Of a DNA stretch of 64,000 nucleotides, positions 1 to 10,434 are shown in pieces. The notes under the pieces were generated by a model that did no database searches, was not told the DNA's origin, and was given only the letters and a program-made list of their open reading frames with translations. Source of the stretch: Mobula hypostoma (Eukaryota). Every line of letters begins with the position of its first letter. The first letter of the stretch is position 1. The DNA lies in assembly GCF_963921235.1 (NCBI RefSeq), contig NC_086108.1, forward strand, positions 75,704,001 through 75,768,000, written 5' to 3'. The position numbers and the translations under genes are program-made.

Positions 1-414
1 ATCATCATGTGCCAGTTTCCAACTGCCTAAAATCAAGGAAAAGTTTTGCTACAGCGGAGGAACTACCGCACGGAACATACAGGATTTACCTCTGGCAACA
101 AACAGAAGCCAGAACCCCACCAAACAATACAGTGCAAGACCCCACAGAAATGTTACCAGACGGGGCACTGCTTGACAGACGGAACTGGTGCACTCTCAAC
201 AGAGCGAGAGCGGGAGTTTGTAGGACGGGAGACAATATGGTGAAGTGGGGTTTAAAGACCAGCTAATCCTGTGAGTGTGGCGAAAGGGTGCAGAACATTG
301 AACACGTTCTGTGCAACTGCCCACTCTCACCTGATTTAGCTGACACTGACCTGCTCAACATCAACCAAACAACACTAGAGTGGCTGGCTGTCTGGTGTGA
401 CAAGTTATGATGAT
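1..414 (+). mobile_element. 3' end of a non-LTR retrotransposon, Ingi/Vingi-like, with C-terminal CCHC zinc finger and (TGA)n tail
   Basis: Frame of ORF 9..266 reads WCTLNRARAGVCRTGDNMVKWG. Past one stop it continues SCECGERVQNIEHVLCNCP (Cx1Cx8Hx3C-type finger) ... LEWLAVWCDKL*, ending ttatgatgataa and abutting a CR1 fragment. Confidence 0.55.
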
Positions 415-1480
415 AAATTACCCAGACTATCCCTACTACCTTTTTTGAACAAGGGGACAACATTCACCTCCCTCCAATCCTCCAGTACCATTCCCATGGA
501 CAACGAGGGCATGAAGATCCGAGCCAGAGGCTCAGCAATCTCTTCCCTCGCCTCGTGGAGCAGCCTGGGGAATATTCCGTCAGGCCCCAGGGACTTATCC
601 ATCCTAATATATTTTAACAACTCCAACACCTCCTCTCCCTTAATATCAACATGCTCCAAAACATCAACCTCATTCATATTGTCCTCACTGTCATCAAGTT
701 CCCTCTCATTGGTGAATACCGAAGAGAAGTATTCATTGAGGACCTCGCTCACTTCCACAGCCTCCAGGCACATGTTCCTACCTTTATCTCTAATCGGTCC
801 TACCTTTCCTCCTGTCATCCTTTTGTTCTTCACATAATTGAAGAATGCCTTGGGGTTTTCCTTTACCCTACTCACCAAGGCCTTCTCATGCCCCCTTCTT
901 GCTCTCCTCAGCCCCTTCCTTGCTGCCTTATATTCCTCAATAGACCCATCTGATCCTTGCTTCCTAAACCTCATGTATGCTGCCTTCTTCCACCTGACTA
1001 GATTTTCCACCTCACTTGTCACCTGTGGTTCCTTCACACTACCATTCTTTATCTTCCTCACCGGGATAAACTTATCCCTAACATCCAGCAAGAAATCCCT
1101 AAACATCAACCACATGTCCATAGTACATTTCCCTGCAAAAACATCACTTCAATTCACACCTGCAAGTTCCAGCCTTATAGCCTCATAATTTGCCCTTCCC
1201 CAATTAAAAATGTTCCTGTCCTCTCTGATTCTGTCCTTTTCCATGATAATGCTCTAAAGTCCAGGGAGTGGTGGTCACTGTCCCCCAGATGCTCACCCAC
1301 TGAGAAATCTGTGACCTGACCCAGTTTGTTACCTAATACTAGATCTAGTATGGCAATCCCCCTAGTCGGCCTGTCAACATACTGTGACAGGAATCCGTCC
1401 TGGACACACTTAACAAACTCTGCCCCGTCTAAACCATTGGAACTAATCAGGTGCCAATCAATATTAGGGAAGTTAAAGTT
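415..1480 (-). mobile_element. CR1 LINE ORF2 fragment (endonuclease-RT linker)
   Basis: ORF 405..1121(-) contains KENPKAFFNYVKNKR, LNEYFSSVFT, KSLGPDGIFPRLL, DWREVNVVPLFKKG, all typical of CR1 ORF2. Confidence 0.9.
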
Positions 1481-2199
1481 CTCCTGAGTTAAAGGACTAA
1501 AGATAAAGATTTAAAGATTAACTTCGTTTATCGCATGAAAAAATAAATATACAATGAAATATATCGTTTGCATCAAATCATATCAGGGAGGATTGTGCTG
1601 GTGGGAGGAGAGGGGGCAGCTCACAAGTGTCACCACACATCTGGTGCAACAGCATGCCCACAGCTCATTAACCCTGAACTTGTATGTCTTTGGAATGTGG
1701 TACAAGATGGTAGCACTCAGAAGAAGCACATGTTGTCCAGGAACAACATACAAACTCCTCATGGACAACGGTGGAGGTGAACCCCACTCTTACAGCTGGT
1801 CCTGTATTAAGAAGATAAGAAACAGGAGCAGGAGTCAGCCATCTGGCCTATCAAACCTGCTCTGCCATTCAATAAGATCATGGCTGACCTGACCATGGAC
1901 TTATCTCCACATACTTGCCTTTTCCCCATATCTCATAACTCTCCTACTATGCAATAACTATGTAATAATATTACACTAACTGCTATGTTACTGTGCTGGC
2001 TACAGTAGAAAAATAATGGGAATCTTGTATGTTTAAAAACCATTTTTGATCTATTTGGGTGTGATGTGGGGGGGGTGCAAGCATGAATATTTTTATAAAT
2101 TGTGGAAAAGCTGGAGTTAAAATATATTGCTAATTGCTGCAGCTAATGCATTCAGCATGCAAAATAATCAAACAAAAGAGTCACATGTACCAAGTTACA

Positions 2200-3555
2200 G
2201 TGAAGAAATGGTCTTGAATGTTGTTCATACAGATCAATTGATTACAGCAGTGCATTGCAGTAAAGCAAAGTAAAACAAAAGTGCAGAATAAAGTGTTACA
2301 ATTACAGAGAGGAGTGTAGTGCAGGTTGACAAGGTGCAAGGTCAGATCGAGTTAAATTGCAAGATTAAGAGTTTATCTTGTACTGGGGAGCCATTCAACA
2401 GTATTATAGCAGCAGGATAGAAGACCATAAGATATAGGAGCATATTTAGGCCATTTGACCCACCATTTTGTCATGGCTGATCCATTTCTCTTTCAGCTCC
2501 AATCTCCTGCCTTCTCCCTGTATACCCCTTCATGCCCTGACTAATCAAGAATCTGTCAACCTCTGCCTTAAATATACCCAGTGACTTGACCTCTACAGCC
2601 GCCTGTGGCAATGAATTCCACAAATTTGACAGAAGCTGTCCTTGAGCCTGGTGCTATATGATTTCAGACTTTTGTATCTTCTGCGTGAAGGGAGCGGGAA
2701 GAAGAGAGAATGTCTGCGATAAGTGGGGTTTTTGTTTATACTGGCTGCTTTACTGAGGCATCAAGAAGTGTAAGCAGAGAGGAGGCTGGTTCCTGTGATG
2801 TGCTGAGCTGTGTCCACAACTCTGCATTTTCCTGCACTCACAGGCAGAGCCGTTGCCATAAGCCACAGTTCATCTAGGTCGGATGCTTTCTATGATCCAT
2901 CAACGAAAATTTGTAAGGGTCTACGAGAGCGTGCTAGATTTCTTTAGCCTGCTGACAAGGTAGAGGTGCTGGTGCGCTTTCTTGGCTGCACTGTCTATAT
3001 GGTTAGCCCATGAGAGACTATTGGTGATATTAACTCTTAGGAACTTGAAGCTTGCAACCTCAACACCATTATGTATACAGCAGCATAGGCACCACCCCAC
3101 TAGTTAACGACCAGCTCTTTTGTTTTCCTGACATTGCGGGAAAGATTGTTGTCATAACACCATGTCACTAGGCTCTCTACCTCCTTTATGTACTCTGATT
3201 CATCTTTATTTGAGAACCAGCCACTAGGGTGCTATCATGCAAAGTTGTAAATGCAGTTAGAGCAGAATCTGGCCATGCAGTTATGAGTATACGGAGAGTT
3301 GATCAGGGGCTGAGGATGCAGACTTGTGGGACACCACTGTTGAGCATAATCATGATGGAGGTGTTGCTGCCTATTCTTACTGTTTGCAGTCTGTTGTTCA
3401 CAAAGTCAATTATTAATTTGCAAATGAAGATACTGAGTCCCAGATCTGGGAGTTTGGAGATCAGTTTGCTTAGAATTATAGTCTTGAAGGCAGAATGTAG
3501 TCAAAACAATAATCTAATGTGGGTGTCTTTACTGTCTGGATGCTCTCAATGAGTA
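2200..3555 (-). mobile_element. Degenerate Rex1/Babar-type LINE fragment with an embedded CR1 3'-end piece (~2425-2625)
   Basis: Minus strand resembles the other Rex1-like copies (FKFL, SAFNTII and GVPQ-type segments). Heavily mutated; boundaries approximate. Confidence 0.6.
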
Positions 3556-3915
3556 GTAAAATTGTTACACTCCCACAGACACATGATATGAGCTATTATC
3601 AATAAATAGTAAAATATTAAAGGGTCTGACCAGAGGAATGTATTTTTGAAAAAGCTGTTGCTCCAAACTCTCATATGTTCTACACAGTATTTTTTGGGTC
3701 AATTTCTGCAAAACAGATATTTCCACAAAATAACTTGCACAGTTTCAATGAAAATCTCAGGAGTGGTACAATGCTAGTTGTTTTGAGTTTTGTATAGCTC
3801 TTTATTGACCTCTAGTGGCTTGTAGATTGTTTGTATACGTACCCTATTTTTTATTTATTATTGCCTGAAATCCTAAAGAATTAAGGATGCAAGGTTTATT
3901 TGTTTCAATTTACAG

Positions 3916-4087
3916 CAGAAGAGAGAATACCAAATTAACTGATGCAAATAACAGCCATCTCTTCATTGAGTTCTGCAATTACCGACAGGGATTTGTGGAT
4001 TATATTGATTATCGCTACTGCAACCTCCCTGAGGCGGACAAGGATGTAACAGAACAGAAAAAAGTCGAAATATGTGAACAGTTTTCT
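3916..4087 (+). CDS. TOE1: TOE1 (target of EGR1, Caf1-family deadenylase) penultimate coding exon
   Basis: Acceptor tttacag|C, donor TCT|gtgagt. Encodes RRENTKLTDANNSHLFIEFCNYRQGFVDYIDYRYC...ICEQFS, matching the TOE1 HLxLEFCNY...IDYRC...ICxxFS segment. Phase 0 join to the next exon. Confidence 0.93.
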
Positions 4088-4206
4088 GTGAGTATAACGT
4101 CTTTGGTGAAATTTGTACCCTTTTCCATAAAATTCCTCCCTTGAAGTGACTTAGACCAGGGGTCCCCAACCTTTTTCGCACCACAGACTGGCTTAATATT
4201 GATAAC

Positions 4207-4448
4207 GCAAACACAAGGAAATCTGCAGATGTTGGAAATTCAAGCAACACACATCAAGGTTGCTGGTGAACGCAACAGGCCAGGCAGCATCTCTAGGAAG
4301 AGGTACAGTTGATGTTTCGGGCCAAGACCCTTCGTCAGGACTCACGAAGGGTCCTGACAAAGGGTTTCGGCCCGAAATGTCGACTGTACCTCTTCCTAGA
4401 GATGCTGCCTGGCCTGCTGCATTCACCAGCAACTTTGATGTGTGTTGC
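4207..4448. mobile_element. Palindromic Penelope-derived insertion (inverted terminal-repeat pair, each arm with a hammerhead motif)
   Basis: Arms ~4242-4341 and ~4351-4450 are reverse complements. TSD ttaatattgataac (4193-4206) / ttaatatcgataat (4449-4462). The same sequence ends GIY-YIG-coding Penelope fragments elsewhere in the window. Confidence 0.8.
4306..4342 (-). ncRNA. Minimal type-I hammerhead ribozyme motif (CpG-decayed)
   Basis: Minus strand reads agtc-CTGACGA-agggtcttggccc-GAAA-catc-aactg. Core boxes and stem II are intact; stem I/III carry transitions. Confidence 0.65.
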
Positions 4449-5696
4449 TTAATATCGATAATATTCTTGCAGACCGGCCAACGGGTGGTGGGGGTGGGGG
4501 GGGGGTGTTCAAGTTCAACGGTGCGTGACAGGGAATGAGGAAAGATGTAGCTAACTCATATCGTTTCATATCACCAAATCATATTGTTTCCTTGCGGCCC
4601 AGTGGTTGGGGATCACTGAGTTAGACCATAAGTGGTTTACTCTAAAATTTCTGAATACAATCCCTGAAACAATCAATCCATGGGAACAATAGCCAGATAT
4701 CTTTGTATATGTTTTTCTGATGGTTATGAAGAATTGGGGATTATATGTTCAGAATAGCATAGCATGACTCTTGTAGCAGACAATATGGGTATTAATTTAA
4801 TAATTGGTTCCTTGAAGTTGTTATAGCCAGGGGGTAGTTGGGATAAGCTCCCACTGCTTACTAAATGTGCCCAATGGCATGCGTCTCAAATAGCCTCTGA
4901 CAACTGAAGTTCTGGTCTTCACAGTAGAACGTTTCTACTGACAGGAGAAGGGGCAAAGATGAGTTACTGGTGCCTTAAAACCTATTGCTTCAGGTAGATG
5001 GGGGTTGGCAGGTCATCTAGGAGAAGGAAAACTCTGATCTCAAACCCCCTCTGCCTTGTTGATATACCCACCCATGGGGAAGGCTACAAGAGTAAACTGC
5101 AAGAAAAACTGGAGCTGGAGTCCCTAATGCAGTCCCACATTGAGCTTAGTACAGGCAGCTCCTGCGACACCACGGGGGTGGAACTGGTTGTTTTGTGAGC
5201 AGAACTTAACTATTCAACACCAACATTCTCCAGAACAAAATGATCTCATTAAAGCTTAATAAATTATGCAGCGTGATGGCAGATGTTGGGATATTGTTTC
5301 TTAAGGTTGCACACTCTGCCATTGAAGTTAGGCCTCAGAATAAAGGCTTGGCTATGCAGAAACAAAATGAGAAATTTCTTCACTATGTTTGCAATTCTGT
5401 ACTGACGGAGGCTCAGTGAGTAAATTCAAGACAGATTAGATTATTTGTGATCTAATTTGGTTAGTATAGGAAGGCAATGCTGAGGTACAAAGTCAGACAC
5501 TTTAGTTGGGTAAAATAGGGCCAAGTAGCTCACTACTATTAATGTTCACGTAAGCAACGCACACAATGTTAAATGTCAACTGTATTCTTTTCTAGCTGGC
5601 CTGCCGAGTTCCTCCAGCATTTTGTGTGTGTTGTTCAGATTTCCGGTAGCTGCAGACTTTCTCTTGTTAATGTTCTTATGATATGTCTTTTAAAAG

Positions 5697-6383
5697 GCTT
5701 ATGGATGGTGTCGTAATGGAATGAAATGCACGCTGTCACACAATATTGACCTCATCATTGACGAAGATGAACGGATCAAGGATGTTAAAAGAAAGAGGAG
5801 AAAGGCTAGAAGACGACGGAAGCAGCAGGCAGTGGATTTGAGTGATAGTGCTGTGGAACCAGTGTCGATAGATAATGTGACTCCTAACGATGGCCCTCCA
5901 CAAAAGTTACTGTGTGGTAGTAGCGATGAGCAACCAGAAAAAATGGACACTGGGGAGGTTCAGGCTAAGCTTTTAAGTGATGTACAAGCTTCCAATGGCT
6001 CCATTTACGAAAAGAACACTGAAGATGATCTCTGTTCAGGAACAGATATGCAGGACTTAAGCAACAATAAAAAGGGGAATAATCCTGGGAATCAATTGTG
6101 TCCAGCAAATGAAACTGTTGTGGAAAGGAACAAAATGGAAAAATGTGATGGAGGTACGCACCGTGCTGGATTTGATGCATTCATGACTGGATTTATAATG
6201 GCTTATATTATGATGTGGAAAAATAGTGAAAATAGCACAGCCACAGATCCTTGGCTCCCAGACTGCCGTAATAAACTTTATCTGAGTGGGAAATCCATAC
6301 CCTTACAGATTTCTAAAAGCTCTTTTTCAAAATCTTCAAAAGCTCACAAGGCCAAGATTGAATTGGTGTGGGGCAAACACTGA
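5697..6383 (+). CDS. TOE1: TOE1 terminal coding exon (CCCH finger completion, basic NLS, HRAGFDAFMTG motif)
   Basis: Acceptor taaaag|GCT. Encodes AYGWCRNGMKCTLSHNIDLIIDEDE...KRKRRKARRRRK...HRAGFDAFMTGFIMAY...PWLPDCRNKLYLSGKSIPL...SKAHKAKIELVWGKH*. Confidence 0.96.
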   Translation, partial: AYGWCRNGMKCTLSHNIDLIIDEDERIKDVKRKRRKARRRRKQQAVDLSDSAVEPVSIDNVTPNDGPPQKLLCGSSDEQPEKMDTGEVQAKLLSDVQASNGSIYEKNTEDDLCSGTDMQDLSNNKKGNNPGNQLCPANETVVERNKMEKCDGGTHRAGFDAFMTGFIMAYIMMWKNSENSTATDPWLPDCRNKLYLSGKSIPLQISKSSFSKSSKAHKAKIELVWGKH

Positions 6384-6420
6384 GATCTGGGCCACAAAGT
6401 TTATGGCAAATAGTTTTAAA

Positions 6421-6426
6421 AATAAA
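6421..6426 (+). promoter_or_regulatory. Candidate TOE1 polyadenylation signal AATAAA
   Basis: AATAAA 38 nt after the stop, followed by a T-rich tract. A second AATAAA lies near 7045. Confidence 0.45.
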
Positions 6427-7349
6427 TGATTTCCAAAACTCCCTTCAGTTTACTTTTATGGTCTTACTTAAAGTAAATGGTAAATTTCTAAAAATGAGAT
6501 AGCTACTTTAAACTATCTGGTCTTTAAGCAAATATCACAATTCTTTCCCTTTTAGTTTACCTTTAGTTTATGTTTTGGAAAGTGCTTAATAGTACAGCCT
6601 CAAATTGAAATCTGATAAAGCATAAGTATTGATAGACTGCCTTTTTCTTTGAGGTACTCTGGATATTAAAGATTTAATCTTCCAGTTATTTATATTGCAG
6701 ACAGTCCATTGCTTGCAGTTTGAGTAGTTTTTTAAATAACTAATGGAGAAACTCAGCGGGTCAGGCAGCATCTATGCAGAGGAATAGAGTTGATGTTTTT
6801 GACCAAGAGTTCCTCAGTATTGTGTGTGTATTGCTGTCGATTTCCAGCATTGCGTGTGTTTTTGAAGTCATTTGATCATAAAGCACTTTTCCTGTAATTA
6901 AAAATCTCATTGGATTTCTTTGATACATAGCAGCATTTTTAAAATTTAAGTGAGTCCAAGTAATTTCCTTAAATTCCTACTCCAAATATGTACTCAAGAC
7001 ATAAAGCAATAGTTATTCTTCAATCAGGTTATTGTGAAGCTTAAAATAAACAAGGACACTCCAGCCTGTATGTTCGTATCTTATCACTTAGTATTGGTTG
7101 TGCCTCGTGCTGGTGGGGGTAGATGGCATGTGGCTTAAGTAGGCTGCTCTAAAGGTCACATCATCAGATGAACTTTGCTGGGGAATTCAGTTGTCATTTG
7201 TGGGTTATATGGTGGAAATATTTGATTCACAAGGTAAAGTATACCACAGAATAGTTAGCCATATTCATACAAGCTAGTTAATGGTAACTCAAGATGTCAA
7301 TGCCTTGATTGTATTGCTAATTATCAAGCAGTGGTGGTTACATTGAAGA

Positions 7350-9515
7350 AAATAGAAACATAGAAAACCTATAGCACAATACAGGCCCTTGGGCAAACAA
7401 AGCTGTGCCAAACATGTCCTTACCTTAGAGCTACCTAGGCTTACCCAAAGCCCTCTATTTTTCTAAGCTCCATGTATTCATCTAGGTGTCTCTTAAAAGA
7501 CACTGTCGTTTCCACCAGCAGCCCATTCCACGCACTCACCACTTTCTGCATTTTAAAAAAAAAATTGCCCCTGACATCTACTCTGTACCTACTTCCAAGC
7601 ACCCTAAAACTATGCCCTCTCATGCTAGCCATTTCAGCCCTGGGAAAAAGCCTCTGACTATCCACATGATCAATGCCTCTCGTTATCTTGTACACCTCCA
7701 TCAGATCACCTGTCATCCTCCGTCACTCAAGGAGAAAAGGCTGAGTTCACTCAACCTATTCTCACGAGGCATGCTCCCCAACCCAGGCAACATCCTTGTA
7801 AATCTCCTCTGCACCCTTTCTATGGTTTCCACGTCCTTCCTGTAGTGAGGCAACCAGAATTGAGCACAGTACTCCAAGTGGGGTCTGACAAGGGTCTAAT
7901 ATAGCTGCAACATTATCTCTCGGCTCTTCAACTCAATCCCACGATTGATGAAGGCCAATGCACTGTATGCCTTCTTAACCATAGAGTCGACCTGCACAGC
8001 AGCTTTGAGTGTCCTATGGACTCAGACCCCAAGATCCCTCTGATCCTCCGCACTGCCAAGAGTCTTGCCATTAATGCTATATTCTACCAAAATGAACTAC
8101 CTCACACTTATCTGGGTTGAACTCCATCTGCCACTTCTCAGCTCAGTTTTGCATCTTATAAATGTCCCACTGTAACCTCTGACAGCCCTCCACACTATCC
8201 ACAACACCCCCAACCTTTGTGTCATCAGCAAATTTACCAACCCATCCCTTCACTTCATCTCGGTCATTTATAAAAATCACAATGAGTAGGGGGTCCCAGA
8301 ACAGATCCCTGAGGCACACCACTGGTCACCGGCCTCCATGCAGAATATGACCAGTCTACAACCACTCTGCCTTCTGTGGGCAAGCCAGTTCTGGATCTAC
8401 AAAGCAATATCCCCTTGGATCCTATGCCTCCTTACTTTCTCAATAAGCCTTGCATGGGGTACCTTGTCAAATGCCCTGCTAAAATCCATATACACTACAT
8501 CTACAGCCTACCTTCATCAATGTGTTTAGTCACATCCTCAAAAAACATTCAAATCAGGCTCGTAAGGCACAACCTGCCTTTGACAAAGCTATGCTGACTA
8601 TTCCTGATCATATTACGCCTCTCCAAATGTTCATAAATCCTGTCCCTCAGGATCATCGCCATCAACTTACCAACTACTGAAGTAAGACTCACTGGTCTAT
8701 AATTTCCTGAGCTATCCCTACTCCCTTTCTTGAATAGGGAACTACATCCGCAACCCTCCAATCCTCTGGAACCTCTCCCGTCCCCATTGATGATGCAAAG
8801 ATCATCGCCAGAGGCTCAGCAATCTCCTCTCGCTTCCCACAGTAGCTGGGGTACCTCACATCCGGTCCCGGTGTCTTATCCAACTTGATGCTTTCCAAAA
8901 GCTCCAGCACATCCTCTTCCTTAATATCTACATGCTCAAGCTTTTCAGTCCACTGCAAGTCATCCCTACAACCGGCAAGATCCTTTCCCATAGTGAATAC
9001 TGAAGTATTCATTAAGTACCTCTGCCATCTCCTCCGGTTCCATACACACTTTTCTACTGTCATTTGATTGCTCCTATTCTGTCACATCTTATCCTCTTGC
9101 TCTTCACATACTTGTAGAATGCCTTAGGGTTTTCCTTACGAAGTCCTGACGCAGGGTCTCGGCCTGAAACGTCGACTGCACCTCTTCCTAGAGATGCTGC
9201 CTGGCCTGCTGCATTCACCAGCAACTTTTATGTGTGTTGCTAGGGTTTTCCTTAATCCTGTCTGCCAAGGCCTTCTCATGGCCCCTTCTGGCTCTCCTAA
9301 TTTCATTCTTAAGCTCCTTCCTGCTAACCTTATAATCTTCTAGATCTCTATCATTACCTAGTTTTTTTTTTAAACTTTTCATAAGCTCTTTTCTTCTTGA
9401 CTAGATTTACAACAGCCATTGTACTCCACGGTTCCTGTACCCTACCATCCTTTCCCCGTCTCATTGGAACATATCTATGCAGAACCCCACGCAAGTATCC
9501 CCTGAACATTTGCCT
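7350..9515 (-). mobile_element. CR1 LINE, 3' portion with internal deletions
   Basis: Minus-strand ORFs contain GNYRPVSLTSVVGKL, SQHSFVKGRLCLTSL and GDLMEVYKITRG. The 3' microsatellite-like tail appears as atagaaacatagaaa at ~7352. Confidence 0.9.
9139..9240 (+). mobile_element. Short Penelope terminal-repeat insertion with hammerhead motif, inside CR1
   Basis: Exact 14-bp TSD tagggttttcctta (9125-9138 / 9241-9254). Contains agtc-CTGACGC-agggtctcggcct-GAAA-cgtc-gactg. Confidence 0.85.
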
Positions 9516-9861
9516 GGGGATATTTTTGGCAAATGTGCAAAAGTGCTCACTGTTAGGAACTTGAAGCATAAACTTGATCTCGGAACACATGCATTTCCTC
9601 AAAAAACTTGCTGCATGCAACTGAGTAACTTTGAAGATATGTCCTCAACTTCTGATGAAAGCAGCATATTGTTTTATAGATAATTTGATATAAGGTGTAT
9701 ACAATTTGCCCAAATCTAATGCAAGAGTAGTAATTCAAAGAAGTGTGAAATAAAACATTAAGCATGTCATGTCCATCACCCTTTCACTATTTGTGACTTG
9801 AGAAATGGCCTCAATTGCTGGAAACCATAATAGAAACAAAATTTTCACTTCAATTTAAAGT

Positions 9862-9867
9862 TTTATT
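9862..9867 (-). promoter_or_regulatory. Candidate distal TESK2 polyadenylation signal
   Basis: tttatt on + is AATAAA on -. A U/GU-rich tract (tttgtttct) follows ~25 nt downstream on -. It marks the end of the repeat-poor AT-rich block. Confidence 0.5.
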
Positions 9868-10093
9868 ATAGAGTTCTGAATTTTAAGACATTTATCAAAT
9901 ATCTTCATAAATATGAAAATAGATCTACAATAAACATTTTCTTCCCATTGCAAAAAATTGCATAAAATGTAGTGACAATGTAAAGGCATTATTACAAGTG
10001 CAAACAATCTAGTTACTTAAGTATCTAATAGAACCTGTTAAAAGGATAATCATAGGTCATCATTTAAACTTGCATATCTCAAAGTAAATGATA

Positions 10094-10434
10094 CAGTACT
10101 GTGCAAAAGTCTTAGGTGCTTTCAAAATAATCAAAAAATTTACTATAAAGAGCAGTAAACAGTTTTTAAAAAACTAATTTAAGTCACCATTTGGTGTGAC
10201 CACACTTCAAAACTGCATCAAATCTGATACACTCATGCAGTTTTAAACGAAAAATTGGCTGTTAGGTTGTTCCAAGTACCTTGGAGAACTTGCCACAGTG
10301 CTTCTGCAGACTTTTGCTACCTCGCTTGCTTCTGTCTGTCAAGGTAATTCCAGACAAACTCTGGTGTTGAGATCAGGGCTGTACCATCTGAAACCATAAA
10401 AATCTAGGGTGCCTAAGACTTTTGCATAGTACTG
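10094..10434. mobile_element. Tc1/mariner non-autonomous element
   Basis: TA-cagtactgtgcaaaagtcttagg ... cctaagacttttgcatagtactg-TA: TIRs plus TA TSD. Confidence 0.85.

Larger units (their letters stand above)
4157..4618. mobile_element. hAT (Charlie-like) non-autonomous element
   Basis: Termini caggggtccccaacc ... ggttggggatcactg. 8-bp TSD acttagac (4149-4156) / agttagac (4619-4626). Hosts the palindromic insertion at 4207-4448. Confidence 0.8.

Noticed and set aside
4193..4538. Near-identical ORFs on opposite strands (MLVNAxGQAASLGRGTVD...)
   Set aside because: Artefact of the palindromic repeat; no evidence of coding.
5721..6383. 220-aa ORF as a standalone gene
   Set aside because: It is the terminal TOE1 exon. 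The frame opens at the splice acceptor (5697) and the ATG is internal.
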